From contig JANRJF010000068.1 in assembly GCA_033764095.1 (NCBI GenBank), forward strand, positions 4,199 through 68,198: a stretch of 64,000 nt of DNA, in the 5' to 3' direction. This stretch comes from Deltaproteobacteria bacterium (GTDB lineage Bacteria > Desulfobacterota > Binatia > HRBIN30 > CADEER01). This document shows positions 53,501-62,165 of the stretch, in pieces (position 1 is the first letter of the stretch; each line of letters opens with the position of its first letter). The position numbers were made by a program, and so were the translations under genes. Below the pieces are notes generated by a model that was not told the origin of the DNA, made no database searches, and saw only the letters and a program-made list of their open reading frames with translations.

Positions 53501-55397
53501 CGTCGACCACGTCGGGCACGGCATCGACGCTGAACGTGTGGCGGCTGATGCGTCCCTCGGGCAGCACCAGCTCGACGATCTCCTGGCCGAGCACGCGCAA
53601 GCCGAGGTGCTCGAGCGTCGGGACGAAATCGCTCAGCGCCAGCGTGGCGTCGCGCAGGAACAGTCGGAGGGCGAGCGCAGCGCCGTCGCGTCCGGGCAGC
53701 AACTCGATCTGCTCGCGGCCGCTGGCGAGCAGCGCCTCGATACAGCGCACGTCACCGGCCGCGGCGCCCGGATCGGTCGCCGCCTTGTAGGCCGGCGACA
53801 GGGCGCGCCCGTAGCGCGATGCCAGCCGCTCCGCCTCGCCGCGCGAGGCCTCGGCGGCGAGCGCGTCGCGCAGGCCCTCGTCCCAGGTCTGCAGCAAGTC
53901 GCCGAGCGCCTCGCGCAGCGTCTCGACCGGGGGGGCGGCGAGGCGATCGGGAGCGACCACCGCGTGGTAGTGCAACCGCGCCACCGGTCGCTCGTCGAGC
54001 GCGAGCTCTTCGAGCAGCAGTGGGCCGTCGAGAACGCGCGCCACTGCCGCGCTGACCCGCGCATGCAGCGCGGTCGAGAAGCGCGCGCGCGGCACGATGA
54101 CCAGCGCAAACAGGCCGCGCCCGTGCGCGTCGGCGTGCAGTCGGACGTCCGGTTGGGCGGTGCCCTCGGCGCGCCGGATGGCACGCAGCGTCTCCTGCAC
54201 GTCGTCGAGGCGGCAGGCGAGGAGCAGCTCGCGCGGCAGGCTGTCGAACAGCGCGCGCAGCTCGCGCCAGTCGTGCGACCCCTCCAGCGCTCCCTCGCGC
54301 GCCAGGATGGCGGCGAGCCGGCGGCGCAGCAGCGGCGTCTCACTCGCCGGCTCGGCCTTGGCCTGGGTGGTGAACAGGCCGAGGAACCGCTGCGCACCGA
54401 CCACCTGTCCGTCGCCGTCGACCTCCTTGATCGCCAGGTCGTCCATCGGCGCGCTGCGATAGACCGGGCTGCGCGCGGTGGTGCGGGAGACGCTGAGCAG
54501 CGGGGGACGGTCGATCCGATCGACGAGCGGCGGCGGGAGCGCGACTGGCGCCGCCCAGCGCGAGCGCTCGGGGTCGCGCAGCAGGCCGAGGCCGCTGTCG
54601 GCCCGGACGGCGGCGAGCCGCTCGCCCGGCGTGTCGCGCAGCGCGTACTCGCGATAGCCGAGCAGCACGAAGCGCTCGTCCTCCAGCTGCTCGAGCCAGG
54701 CGGCGATCTCCTCGCGCTCGTCGTCCCAGGGCGGTGGCAGCGCGCTGGCGCGCAGCCGCGCCACCGTGCCGGCCAGCCGCTCGCGCAACGCGGCGTGGTC
54801 GCCGGTGACCAGGATGAGCGCTTCCAGATGATCGGCGAGCTGCCGCTGCCAGCGCGCGTCGGCGGGCAGGTTGGCAGCCTCGACGTGGACGAACGACTCG
54901 CGCGTCCCCTCGTCGTCGGCGGCGGCGAGCTGCGTCAGCGAGCCGTCGCTGCCGCGGCCGACGCCGAACTGCGGATGCAACAGGCGCTTCACCTCGCCGC
55001 CATTCGCTTCCAGCAGCGCGGTGATGGTGTCGACGATGAAGGGCCGATCGTCGAGCACCGTCTCGATCACCGTCACCGGCGCCGTCCAGCCGTCGCGGTC
55101 GGTGAGCGGCGTGAAGACGCGCAGCGCCAGCGGCCCGCGCGCGCGGGTGCGGAAGAAGCTGAAGGCGCCACCGGCCATCGCCGCCAGCGCGCCGCTGTCC
55201 GGCGCGGCGTCGAGCGGCGGCTGCGCATGCGCGAAGAGCGCGCTCGCGAAGCGGTCGAGCAGCGCATGATCCTCGGTCGGAAAACGCTGGCGCAGGAGGG
55301 CGAGGACCGCCGACAGGCCGCCTGTCTCGGGTGCCGGAGTCGGCCGCTCCTGGCGGCGCTCCATCAACTGCGCGATGGCCTTTTGCAGCTGCGCCAT
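50550..55397 (-). CDS. gdhB: NAD-specific glutamate dehydrogenase, large (about 180 kDa) form
   Basis: 1615 aa. The central catalytic domain with GG..VAVQG-like dehydrogenase region and the overall architecture match the bacterial giant NAD-GDH family. Confidence 0.75.
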   Translation of the reverse strand: MAQLQKAIAQLMERRQERPTPAPETGGLSAVLALLRQRFPTEDHALLDRFASALFAHAQPPLDAAPDSGALAAMAGGAFSFFRTRARGPLALRVFTPLTDRDGWTAPVTVIETVLDDRPFIVDTITALLEANGGEVKRLLHPQFGVGRGSDGSLTQLAAADDEGTRESFVHVEAANLPADARWQRQLADHLEALILVTGDHAALRERLAGTVARLRASALPPPWDDEREEIAAWLEQLEDERFVLLGYREYALRDTPGERLAAVRADSGLGLLRDPERSRWAAPVALPPPLVDRIDRPPLLSVSRTTARSPVYRSAPMDDLAIKEVDGDGQVVGAQRFLGLFTTQAKAEPASETPLLRRRLAAILAREGALEGSHDWRELRALFDSLPRELLLACRLDDVQETLRAIRRAEGTAQPDVRLHADAHGRGLFALVIVPRARFSTALHARVSAAVARVLDGPLLLEELALDERPVARLHYHAVVAPDRLAAPPVETLREALGDLLQTWDEGLRDALAAEASRGEAERLASRYGRALSPAYKAATDPGAAAGDVRCIEALLASGREQIELLPGRDGAALALRLFLRDATLALSDFVPTLEHLGLRVLGQEIVELVLPEGRISRHTFSVDAVPDVVDADRVGPPLIAALHAMRTGLAIDDALNALILSAGLDWRAVRVLRAYVDHTHQTGLASRQAVRAALLAAPSCAAALAAWFAARFDPAASTLAPPDRLKGPVAAAEQTFRERLAAVASLRHDRPLRALGAAVAATVRTNAYSSAPGAPLALKLDATRLPHLPAPRPAIEVWVHGVGLQGVHLRSGPLARGGIRFSDRPDDFRAEILALMRTQVMKNAVIVPVGAKGGFVLTGGGADTPDGERVGAAYDAFIDALLSITDSRERGQVVHPPEVLRYDGDDAYLVVAADKGTAAFSDRANALAERRGYWLGDAFASGGSHGYDHKRLGITARGAWECARQHFRELERDLDRDLVRVAGIGDMSGDVFGNGMLRSRRILLVAAFDHRHVFLDPAPDPERAARERERLFALPGSSWADYAPAAFSAGGGTYARDAKAIPLSVEARRLLGLEAAAPSGDAIVQAILRLPVDLLWNGGIGTYVKASDETHAAVADPANDSVRIDASELRATVVVEGGNLGLTQRARVEYALAGGHINTDAIDNSAGVDCSDHEVNIKIALQPLAAGGELTAATRARVLTELAEPVCDAVLGHNRRQARALSADQLRSRTQLAAFRDLVTILEGEAGLDRARAQLPSRDALRLRRGVYRGLTRPELAVLLAHTKLDLRRRLLQSSLVDDPELEPLLIGYFPGALATQFPAALRRHALRREIVSLELTHRLVDGMGMTFLVRSVRDSGHDVLDVMHAWVGARLLGDGAALEAELDAIDGRLSHAAAQRATRLLADGLERATLWLVDRVPSAQPLAALRQTFGGAIDELGRLWPALLPAVRGEAHAAEVTGLSGLGIAEPLAERLVRLSCLDEMLEITQVAAAARVPLDMAAATYLHLGAALGFDWLRQMMPSTLGDEDRWAPRAAVGLLEDLLESRRLITGAILAERRNEASVEAAIAAYCETRRDAVDGIAGLIGDLKATPQPTLPAVLVVLRELDRLARPRA

Positions 55398-55424
55398 TGT
55401 GGGGGAGGAAACCCGGCCGGCGCC

Positions 55425-55874
55425 TTAGTCGGCGGCCGGCGGCAGGTCAAACTGTACCCGCTCTCCGCCGGTATGCCAGCCGAGCGCGGTGAAGAACGGG
55501 CGTGCGCCCTCCGCTGAGCGGCGCGTCGCCAACTGCTGACAGCCGCGTCGCCGCGCGCGCGCGATCGCCGCGTTGGCGAGCGCGCGGCCAACGCCCAGGC
55601 GCCGCCTCTGCGGGTGGACGACCAGCAGCTCCAGCATCGCCTGGGGCGCGGCGAGCAGGTGACGCGCGTAGGTGACGTGCACGACGCCGCACACGGCGTC
55701 GTCGATGCTGGCGAGGTAGAGGTCGGCGCCGAGGTCGGCGACCAGGCGCCGGAAGCGGCTGCGCAACGCGCGGTCGTCGGCGCGCACGGCCAGCTCGGCC
55801 GCCGCGAGCAGGCCGGTGAGCGCCTCGAAGTCGGTCCGGCGGACCCGGCGCAGGCGGATGGGCCGAGACCGCAT
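55425..55874 (-). CDS. GNAT family N-acetyltransferase
   Basis: 149 aa. HPQRRRLGVGRALANAAIARARRRG is acetyl-CoA binding motif A (Q/RxxGxG/A). Trimmed from a 665-aa track ORF whose upstream part is off-frame noise. Confidence 0.65.
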   Translation of the reverse strand: MRSRPIRLRRVRRTDFEALTGLLAAAELAVRADDRALRSRFRRLVADLGADLYLASIDDAVCGVVHVTYARHLLAAPQAMLELLVVHPQRRRLGVGRALANAAIARARRRGCQQLATRRSAEGARPFFTALGWHTGGERVQFDLPPAAD

Positions 55875-55958
55875 GGTCGTCCTGCATAGCACAGCCGCCT
55901 GAATGGGCCACGCGAGATTGAGTGAGTTGGCGGGTCGGACATGCTCTAGTCGCCGGCA

Positions 55959-57317
55959 ATGGAGTCGGAACCGGAGCACGGCGAGCCGCTGCAGGTCACC
56001 ACCGGCGAGATGGCCTACGGGCCGCATGCCGTGGCGCGCCACGACGGCAAGGTGCTGTTCGTGCGCGGAGCGGCGCCGCACGAGGCTCTCGAGGTGGTGG
56101 TGCGGGAGTCGCACGAGCGCTTCGCCTTCGCCGAGGTGACGCGGGTGCTGCACGCGTCGCCGCTGCGCCGTCAGCCGCCCTGTCCACTGCTGCCGCGCTG
56201 CGGCGGGTGTCCCTGGCAGCACCTCGAGTACGCGGCGCAGCTGGCGGCCAAGCAGAGCATCGTGCGCGAGCAGTTGCGTCGCCTGGCCGGCCTGGACGTC
56301 GAGGTCGCCCCGGTGCTGCCCTCGCCGCGCGAGTACGGCTATCGCCGGCGCATCAAGCTGCGCGTCGACCATGGGGTGGTGGGCTTTCACGCCGCCGCGT
56401 CGCACACGCTGGTCGAGGTCGCCCACTGCCTGCTCGCCGAGCCGCAGGTGGACGCGGCGATTCCGTCCGCCGTTGCGCTGGCTGCGGCGCTGCCCGGGAT
56501 ACGGCGCATCGAGCTCAGCGGCGGCGGCGCCGGCGGGCGCGTCGTCGCGGCGGGCGAAGTGGAGGGGGCGCTGCGCGACGCCGACGCGGCGCGCGCGCAG
56601 GCGTGGCTCGCCGCCCATCCGGGGATCGCCGGCCTGGCGCTGCGCGGCCGCGGCTGGGCGCGCGCCTGGGGCGACGTCGAGGTCGCGGCCGACCCGGAGG
56701 ATGGCACCGCCCTGCGCGTGCGCGCGCCGGGCTTCACGCAGGTCAATACCGACGCCAACCGGCTGCTGGTCGATGCGGTGATCCGGGCGGTGGCACCGCG
56801 TCCGCAGCTGCGCGTCCTCGATCTGTATGCCGGCGCCGGCAATCTGTCGCTGCCGTTGCGCCGGCGGGGGGCACTGGTGACGGCGGTCGAGCAGGAAAGC
56901 CGTGCCGCCGCCGACGCGCGCGACAATGCCGCGCGCACGCCGGGCCCGCGACTCACCGTGCTCACCGAGCCGGCCGAACACGCCGTCGCCCGGCTGGCCG
57001 CCGCGGGCGAGCGCTTCGACGTCGTCCTCCTCGACCCGCCGCGCGCCGGTGCCGCCGCCTGTCTGGCGGGGCTGCTGCGGCTGCGCGCACCGCGCCTGGT
57101 GTACGTTTCCTGCGACCCGGCGACGCTGGCGCGCGACCTGAAGCGCCTGCGCGCGGCCTATCGGATCGCCCATGTGCAGCCGATCGATCTGTTTCCGCAC
57201 ACGTATCACGTCGAGACGGTGGTGCAGGCAACACTGTCTTGCGACCCCCCACCCCCCGGTGTATCGTCCGCGCCGCGTCATGAGTCGACTGCTCCGCCGC
57301 GTCGCCGCCGGTCCTGA
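55959..57317 (+). CDS. 23S rRNA (uracil-5-)-methyltransferase RlmD/RumA family (TRAM-like N-terminus, 4-Cys cluster, class I SAM methyltransferase)
   Basis: CPLLPRCGGCPWQH Fe-S Cys cluster. VLDLYAGAGNLSLPL is the SAM motif. VYVSCDPATLARDL and the PIDLFPHTYHVETV C-terminus complete the family signature. Confidence 0.75.
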   Translation: MESEPEHGEPLQVTTGEMAYGPHAVARHDGKVLFVRGAAPHEALEVVVRESHERFAFAEVTRVLHASPLRRQPPCPLLPRCGGCPWQHLEYAAQLAAKQSIVREQLRRLAGLDVEVAPVLPSPREYGYRRRIKLRVDHGVVGFHAAASHTLVEVAHCLLAEPQVDAAIPSAVALAAALPGIRRIELSGGGAGGRVVAAGEVEGALRDADAARAQAWLAAHPGIAGLALRGRGWARAWGDVEVAADPEDGTALRVRAPGFTQVNTDANRLLVDAVIRAVAPRPQLRVLDLYAGAGNLSLPLRRRGALVTAVEQESRAAADARDNAARTPGPRLTVLTEPAEHAVARLAAAGERFDVVLLDPPRAGAAACLAGLLRLRAPRLVYVSCDPATLARDLKRLRAAYRIAHVQPIDLFPHTYHVETVVQATLSCDPPPPGVSSAPRHESTAPPRRRRS

Positions 57318-57348
57318 CGCAGATGCGCGTGCAGAGGTGTGAGACCTG

Positions 57349-57594
57349 ATGGCCAAGCCGCCGAAGTCGCTTGCCCCGAAAATCACCATCATTCCGGGGC
57401 GCGGGGTCTCACAGACCATCAACTATCTGCTCAAGGATCGCGACGAGCTCGACTGGCTGGTGGCCGTCGGGCGGAACAAGGAAGGCGAGATCTTCTTCTA
57501 CGACACCGGCGGCGACATCATCGAGGACCTCGGGACGCTGGAGTACCTGAAGGAACGCATCGCCCGGGCGCACTTCGGCGACGAGCCGGAGTGA
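57349..57594 (+). CDS. Small hypothetical protein (81 aa), lower GC
   Basis: Clean ORF with a coding-like sequence (KITIIPGRGVSQTINYLLKDRDELDWLVAVGRNKEGEIFFYDTGGD). Confidence 0.45.
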   Translation: MAKPPKSLAPKITIIPGRGVSQTINYLLKDRDELDWLVAVGRNKEGEIFFYDTGGDIIEDLGTLEYLKERIARAHFGDEPE

Positions 57595-57766
57595 CGCATG
57601 GCGTCGCCGGCGCCGAGCAACTGGCGCAGCGACCGGCATTTTGGTCGTCACGATGGTGACGCCGACACGTCACTCGCGAGGTCGGGTGTCGTGGAAAGCG
57701 CCGGGTGGTCGCGGGCACGGTCTTGGCTAACACCCTCCCCAGTCCTGGCTGGACGGGAGGTGGTGC

Positions 57767-58087
57767 ATGGAAGATCTGCGCAAACAGGCGAACGACCTGC
57801 TGGTGTTCTACGGTAAGATGCAGAACCGGCTGTCGCAGGCCGGGGTGACCGACACCGGTTCGCTGGTCACCATGTTCAAGCAGCTCGAGCGCGGGCTCGA
57901 GGCGGTCTCGCTCGACGACCTCGACCCGGCGATCCAGGAAGTGACCCGCCTAGTGGATTCGCTCAACCGCATGCAGGGCGACCTGCAGGTCCTCAAGGAC
58001 CTGAAGATGCGCGTCGAGAAGACCAAGGCGGCGATCGGCGCGCGACCCGAGGACCAGCCGGCCGGCAACGGACGTCGCGCCGCCTGA
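57767..58087 (+). CDS. Small hypothetical helical protein (106 aa)
   Basis: ORF with amphipathic helix character (LVTMFKQLERGLEAVSLDDLDPAIQEVTRLVDSLNRMQGDLQVLKDLKMRVEK). Confidence 0.4.
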   Translation: MEDLRKQANDLLVFYGKMQNRLSQAGVTDTGSLVTMFKQLERGLEAVSLDDLDPAIQEVTRLVDSLNRMQGDLQVLKDLKMRVEKTKAAIGARPEDQPAGNGRRAA

Positions 58088-58111
58088 GCGACGCGACGTC
58101 GGGCTCGCCGT

Positions 58112-58999
58112 TCAGCTCGACGGCGGCGAGATCTGCCGCGGTTCAGGCGTCGGCGGCGGATCGAACAGGTCCGACAGCCGCACGCGCCGGTAGGATTCGG
58201 GCACCTCGAAGGCGGAGGCCGGCACGTCCTCCTGCTTCACCGCGGTGGCGACCCGCTCGTAGCCGCCGGCCAGGTGGTGCACGATATTGCGCAGGACGAA
58301 GCCGCGCTCGATCATGCTGCGGTACTGCGCATCGTGGTAGAGCGCGTTGTACTGCTTGGCGGACTTGCCCATCATCGCCGCGCCGGTCGTCTCCTGCTGC
58401 GCCAGGAAGCGGGCCGCGTCGAGATCGGCCGACACGTTCAGGCCGGTGGCCAGCCACAGCTCCTGGAAGAGCTCGCCGTCGACCTTCACCTCGAACTTCT
58501 CGGTGTCGTAGCCGGCGATCTTCTCGTGCTGCCCGGTGCTGGTGATCGACACCGGCAGTTGCTTGGCCTGCTCGAGGGCCTCCTTCTCCTTCCGCGCGAC
58601 GCGCTCCTTGTGCGACTCGTCGCCGCGCTCGGCAGCCTTGTTCTTCATCTTCTCCGACATGCCCATCGCGGCGACGCGGTCGCTCATCACCTGCTTCCTG
58701 TGCGCCGACATCTCGCTGACGTAGTCGTTGACCGGGCCGCCCCAGAACGTCTGCTTGCGCGGGTTGAGCAGGGTGAACCGATCGGTGGCGTAGTCGGTGA
58801 TCGTCACCACATCCGGCTGTTGCATGCGCACCTTGTTGCCGCTGATCGACTGGACGGCCGGCTGCGTCGCCATGCGCTCGCCCCTGGCGTTCACCGCCGT
58901 CGTATTCCAGTCGATGACCCACCCGGCCTGCGCCGCCACCGGCAGCAGCAGCGAGCCCAGCCCCAAGAACGCCCTGCAAATCGCGCGCGACATCAACAC
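58112..58999 (-). CDS. Secreted hypothetical protein (295 aa)
   Basis: Signal peptide MLMSRAICRAFLGLGSLLLPVAAQA. Lys/Glu-rich central region. Confidence 0.5.
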   Translation of the reverse strand: MLMSRAICRAFLGLGSLLLPVAAQAGWVIDWNTTAVNARGERMATQPAVQSISGNKVRMQQPDVVTITDYATDRFTLLNPRKQTFWGGPVNDYVSEMSAHRKQVMSDRVAAMGMSEKMKNKAAERGDESHKERVARKEKEALEQAKQLPVSITSTGQHEKIAGYDTEKFEVKVDGELFQELWLATGLNVSADLDAARFLAQQETTGAAMMGKSAKQYNALYHDAQYRSMIERGFVLRNIVHHLAGGYERVATAVKQEDVPASAFEVPESYRRVRLSDLFDPPPTPEPRQISPPSS

Positions 59000-59064
59000 C
59001 GTCCTCCACTCAATGATGACCGGCGACTCTAAAGGTGGGTGCTCGGCAAGTCAATTTTCGCGCT

Positions 59065-59937
59065 TCAGCGCAACGCGCTGGCCTGGCCGACGATCGTCTT
59101 GGTGCCGTCGTCCTTGGCGCACCACACATCGACCGGCACGCGCCAGCGACTCCCCTCGCGGATCGGCTCGCGCGCGCTGCCGCCGGTGCTGATCGCCTCC
59201 TCGCCCCAGAGGACGTTGACCAGGCTCACCTGCAGTTGTCCGCCGGCCAGCCAGCCGAGCCCGAAGGCGCGCGTCATCAGCTCCGAGATCAGGCAGATCG
59301 AGAGCATGCCCTGCACCACCACGTCGGGGAATCCGAGCGCCCGCGCCATCTCGCGGTCGGTGTGGTAGTTCTTCACCGGACCGGAGAAGGCCTCGCACAT
59401 CGCCAGCGAGACGACGCGACGGAACTCGGGCAGCGCCGCGCCGCCGGGCGCGATCTCGAAGCGGCGTTCGCTGCGCTGCTCGCGTGACTTGTCGAGCACG
59501 ATCTCGTCGGCCGGGATGTCGGCGAGGAAGCTCTGATGGGTGCGGCTGCGCTGCAGCCAGCGGCCGTCGTCGTCGGTGATCAGGATCTCGTTGACGATGT
59601 AGTCGCGGTCGCGCTTGCGATAGCGCGAGACCACGGTCGAGCGCGTGCGCACCGCCTGGCCGAGCGGCATCGGCGCGAACAGCTCCCACTCCTGCTTGGC
59701 GTGCAGGTTGCCGATCAGGTTGGGTAGGTACCAGCCGAGGTCGCGGTAGACCTCGGAGTGGTAGAGCAACGCCGGCGCGAACGGGCCACCGGCGGTCGTC
59801 TCGCGGTACAGCGGGTGCGAGTCGCCGGTGCCGGCGGCGTAGTGGGCGACGTCCGCCGCGCTCGGGATGGTGCGGCGGCCGCCGAGATCGCGGCCGACGT
59901 AGACCTCGCCAGGGGCGTAACCGAGTGCGTCCATCAC
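59065..59937 (-). CDS. MaoC-like (hot-dog fold) dehydratase, double hot-dog
   Basis: 290 aa with N- and C-terminal hot-dog halves (YHTDREMARALGFPDVVVQGMLSICLISE). Confidence 0.6.
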   Translation of the reverse strand: MMDALGYAPGEVYVGRDLGGRRTIPSAADVAHYAAGTGDSHPLYRETTAGGPFAPALLYHSEVYRDLGWYLPNLIGNLHAKQEWELFAPMPLGQAVRTRSTVVSRYRKRDRDYIVNEILITDDDGRWLQRSRTHQSFLADIPADEIVLDKSREQRSERRFEIAPGGAALPEFRRVVSLAMCEAFSGPVKNYHTDREMARALGFPDVVVQGMLSICLISELMTRAFGLGWLAGGQLQVSLVNVLWGEEAISTGGSAREPIREGSRWRVPVDVWCAKDDGTKTIVGQASALR

Positions 59938-60032
59938 CGCGGACCATAGGGAAGCGGCGCCGGCGGCGTCAACGCGCGCCGGCGGTTGCGAGTCGCCGCG
60001 CCGCCGCGCTAGGTCTCTCGCAGTCGCTCGCC

Positions 60033-60563
60033 ATGCTCACGCTGATCGGAGTCGCCGTCGTCGCCGTGTCCGTCGGCGTGCTGGCGTACCTCGGCAGTCT
60101 CCTGTGGGGCGCCGCGCGCGGGCCGCTCGGGGCCTATCTCGAGCGCCAGCAGTTCGAGCGCCATGTCGCGCGCGCGCAGCGCGGCGACCGCCTGCTGCGC
60201 GAGGGCGATCTGGGCGGCGCGCTGGCCGAGTTCGAGGCGGCGCTCTACCCGCATCCGCCGCACGCCGCGGCGATGGCCCGCGCGGTCGCCAACCACCATA
60301 CCGGCCTGCTCAGTCGGCTGATGGCGGCGGCCGACTCGGTGCAGGGGCAGCGGGTGCGGCTGATCTCGCTCGCCAAGGCGGATCGCCTGTTCCACGAACG
60401 CGCCGCGCTGCAGCAGCGCTACGTCGCCCTGCGCCAGAGTGGCTCGCGCCAGCGCCTGCGGCAGCTGGAGCAGGACTTCCGCGCCAACACCCGCGAACTG
60501 CGCGCGACGCTGAGCGCCTTGAGCGCCGAAATTGCGACCACGCGTGCGGTTCGCTACCACTGA
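60033..60563 (+). CDS. Membrane-anchored hypothetical protein
   Basis: MLTLIGVAVVAVSVGVLAYLGSLLWGA TM anchor, then a helical domain. Start set at an internal Met. Confidence 0.4.
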   Translation: MLTLIGVAVVAVSVGVLAYLGSLLWGAARGPLGAYLERQQFERHVARAQRGDRLLREGDLGGALAEFEAALYPHPPHAAAMARAVANHHTGLLSRLMAAADSVQGQRVRLISLAKADRLFHERAALQQRYVALRQSGSRQRLRQLEQDFRANTRELRATLSALSAEIATTRAVRYH

Positions 60564-60569
60564 CCGACC

Positions 60570-61367
60570 ATGTGGGCGAGAGAGCTTGAGGTGGCGGTCG
60601 CGGCCGCGCGCGAGGCCGGTCGGGTCGTCAAGGAAGTCTACGAGCAGCCGTTCGAGGTGCGCGAGAAGTCGCACGACAATCCGGTCACCGAGGCCGATCT
60701 GCGCGCCAACGCGGTCATTCAGCGGCACATACAAGACGCCTTCCCGACCGACGGCTGGCTCTCCGAGGAGACCGGCGATTCGAGTGCGCGGCTGGCGTGC
60801 CGGCGCACTTGGATCATCGATCCGCTCGACGGCACCAAGGAGTTCACCCAGCACATTCCGGAGTTCTGCATCTGCATCGCGTTGGTCGACGACGGCGATC
60901 CGGTGGTCGGCGTCGAGTACAACCCGATCACCGACGAGCTGTTCGCCGCCGCGCGCGGGCACGGCATCACGGTCAACGGGGTGTCGGTGCGCCCGACCGC
61001 GACGGCCGACGTCGCGCAGGCGCGGGTGCTGGCCAGTCGCTCGGAAGACAAGCGCGGTGAGTGGGATGCGTACAAGTCGCGCATGCGTGTCGAGCTCACC
61101 GGGTCGGTTGCATTCAAGCTGGCGCTGATCGCCGCCGGCCGCGCCGACGGCACCTTCAGCCTGACGCCGAAGCACGAGTGGGACGTCTGCGCCGGCGCCG
61201 CGCTGATCCTCGAAGCCGGCGGGCGGATCACCGACTGCCACGGCCTGCCGCTGCGCTTCAATCAGACGCAGAAGCCGTTGCTCCCCGGCATCATTGCCAC
61301 CAACGCAGCGCTGTTCGAGCCGATCCGCGCCGTGATCGCCGAGGTCGAGCCGACGCGCAAGCCCTAG
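60570..61367 (+). CDS. Inositol monophosphatase family protein (SuhB/CysQ-like)
   Basis: WIIDPLDGTKEF and WDVCAGAALILEAGG are IMPase family metal-binding motifs. Confidence 0.75.
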   Translation: MWARELEVAVAAAREAGRVVKEVYEQPFEVREKSHDNPVTEADLRANAVIQRHIQDAFPTDGWLSEETGDSSARLACRRTWIIDPLDGTKEFTQHIPEFCICIALVDDGDPVVGVEYNPITDELFAAARGHGITVNGVSVRPTATADVAQARVLASRSEDKRGEWDAYKSRMRVELTGSVAFKLALIAAGRADGTFSLTPKHEWDVCAGAALILEAGGRITDCHGLPLRFNQTQKPLLPGIIATNAALFEPIRAVIAEVEPTRKP

Positions 61368-62158
61368 CCGCGGCGGGCGCGCGCCGCGCTGGCGACCAGC
61401 CCGGGCAGGTCGGACATCACGCCGTCGACGCCGAGGTCGAAGAGGCGCGCGATCTCGGCGGCGTCGTTCACCGCCCAGACGTGCACCTCCATGCCGGCGC
61501 GATGCGCGGCGGCGACGAACGCCGGGGTGACGATCTCGATGCCCTCGAAAGCGGCCGGCACCTGGAGCGCGCGGCCGGGCGCGACGTAGTCGTCCCAGGC
61601 ATCGGTGGCGACCCGCTCCATGAAGTGCCACACGTCGCCGACGCTCATGCCGGTCGCCACCCGATCGCCGACCGCGGCGCGGATGTCGGTCATGATCGCG
61701 TCGTGCTCGGCGGCGAGCAGCGTGCGATCGAGCGCGCCGGCGGCGCGCAGCACGGCGAGCACCGGCGCGACGATCGCCGGCGCCCCCTGCTTGATCTCGA
61801 TGTTGAGGCATTGGGCCGGGAAGGCGGTCAGCACCTCGGCCAGGCGCGGCACGCGCACGCCCTGACCGCGATAGGGAAAGTGACGGCCGTCGGGAGTGAA
61901 CTGCCAACCGGCGTCGAGCGCCGCGACCGCCGCCCAGGCGTGCTCGGACACGGGCCCGCTGCCGCTGGTGGTGCGGTCGAGCTCGGCGTCGTGCAGGACG
62001 ACGATCTCGCCGTCGCGTGTCGCGTGCACGTCGAGCTCCAGGTAGTCGGCGCCGAGCGCCACCGCGAGGGCGAACGACGGCAACGTGTTCTCCGGCGCGA
62101 CGCCACAGGCGCCGCGGTGACCGAAGACGCGCGGGCGCGGCGCGGCGAAGTAGCGCAC
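61364..62158 (-). CDS. Glycerophosphodiester phosphodiesterase (GDPD family)
   Basis: VFGHRGACGVAPENTLPSF...YLELDVHATRDGEIVVLHD is the GDPD His/Glu catalytic motif. Confidence 0.75.
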   Translation of the reverse strand: MRYFAAPRPRVFGHRGACGVAPENTLPSFALAVALGADYLELDVHATRDGEIVVLHDAELDRTTSGSGPVSEHAWAAVAALDAGWQFTPDGRHFPYRGQGVRVPRLAEVLTAFPAQCLNIEIKQGAPAIVAPVLAVLRAAGALDRTLLAAEHDAIMTDIRAAVGDRVATGMSVGDVWHFMERVATDAWDDYVAPGRALQVPAAFEGIEIVTPAFVAAAHRAGMEVHVWAVNDAAEIARLFDLGVDGVMSDLPGLVASAARARRG

Positions 62159-62165
62159 GGCCGAC

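Noticed and set aside
51033-55517. 1494-aa plus ORF antisense to the NAD-GDH gene, plus many nested ORFs
   Set aside because: Antisense to a 1615-aa gene with coherent GDH domain organisation. The translation is R/A/G/Q/E low-complexity.
55425-57422. 665-aa minus ORF
   Set aside because: Only the C-terminal 149 aa (GNAT motif A) are credible. The remainder is antisense to the RlmD-like gene and is low-complexity.
60009-61907. 632-aa minus ORF across the IMPase-family and GDPD genes
   Set aside because: Overlaps two genes with clear family motifs in other frames or strands.
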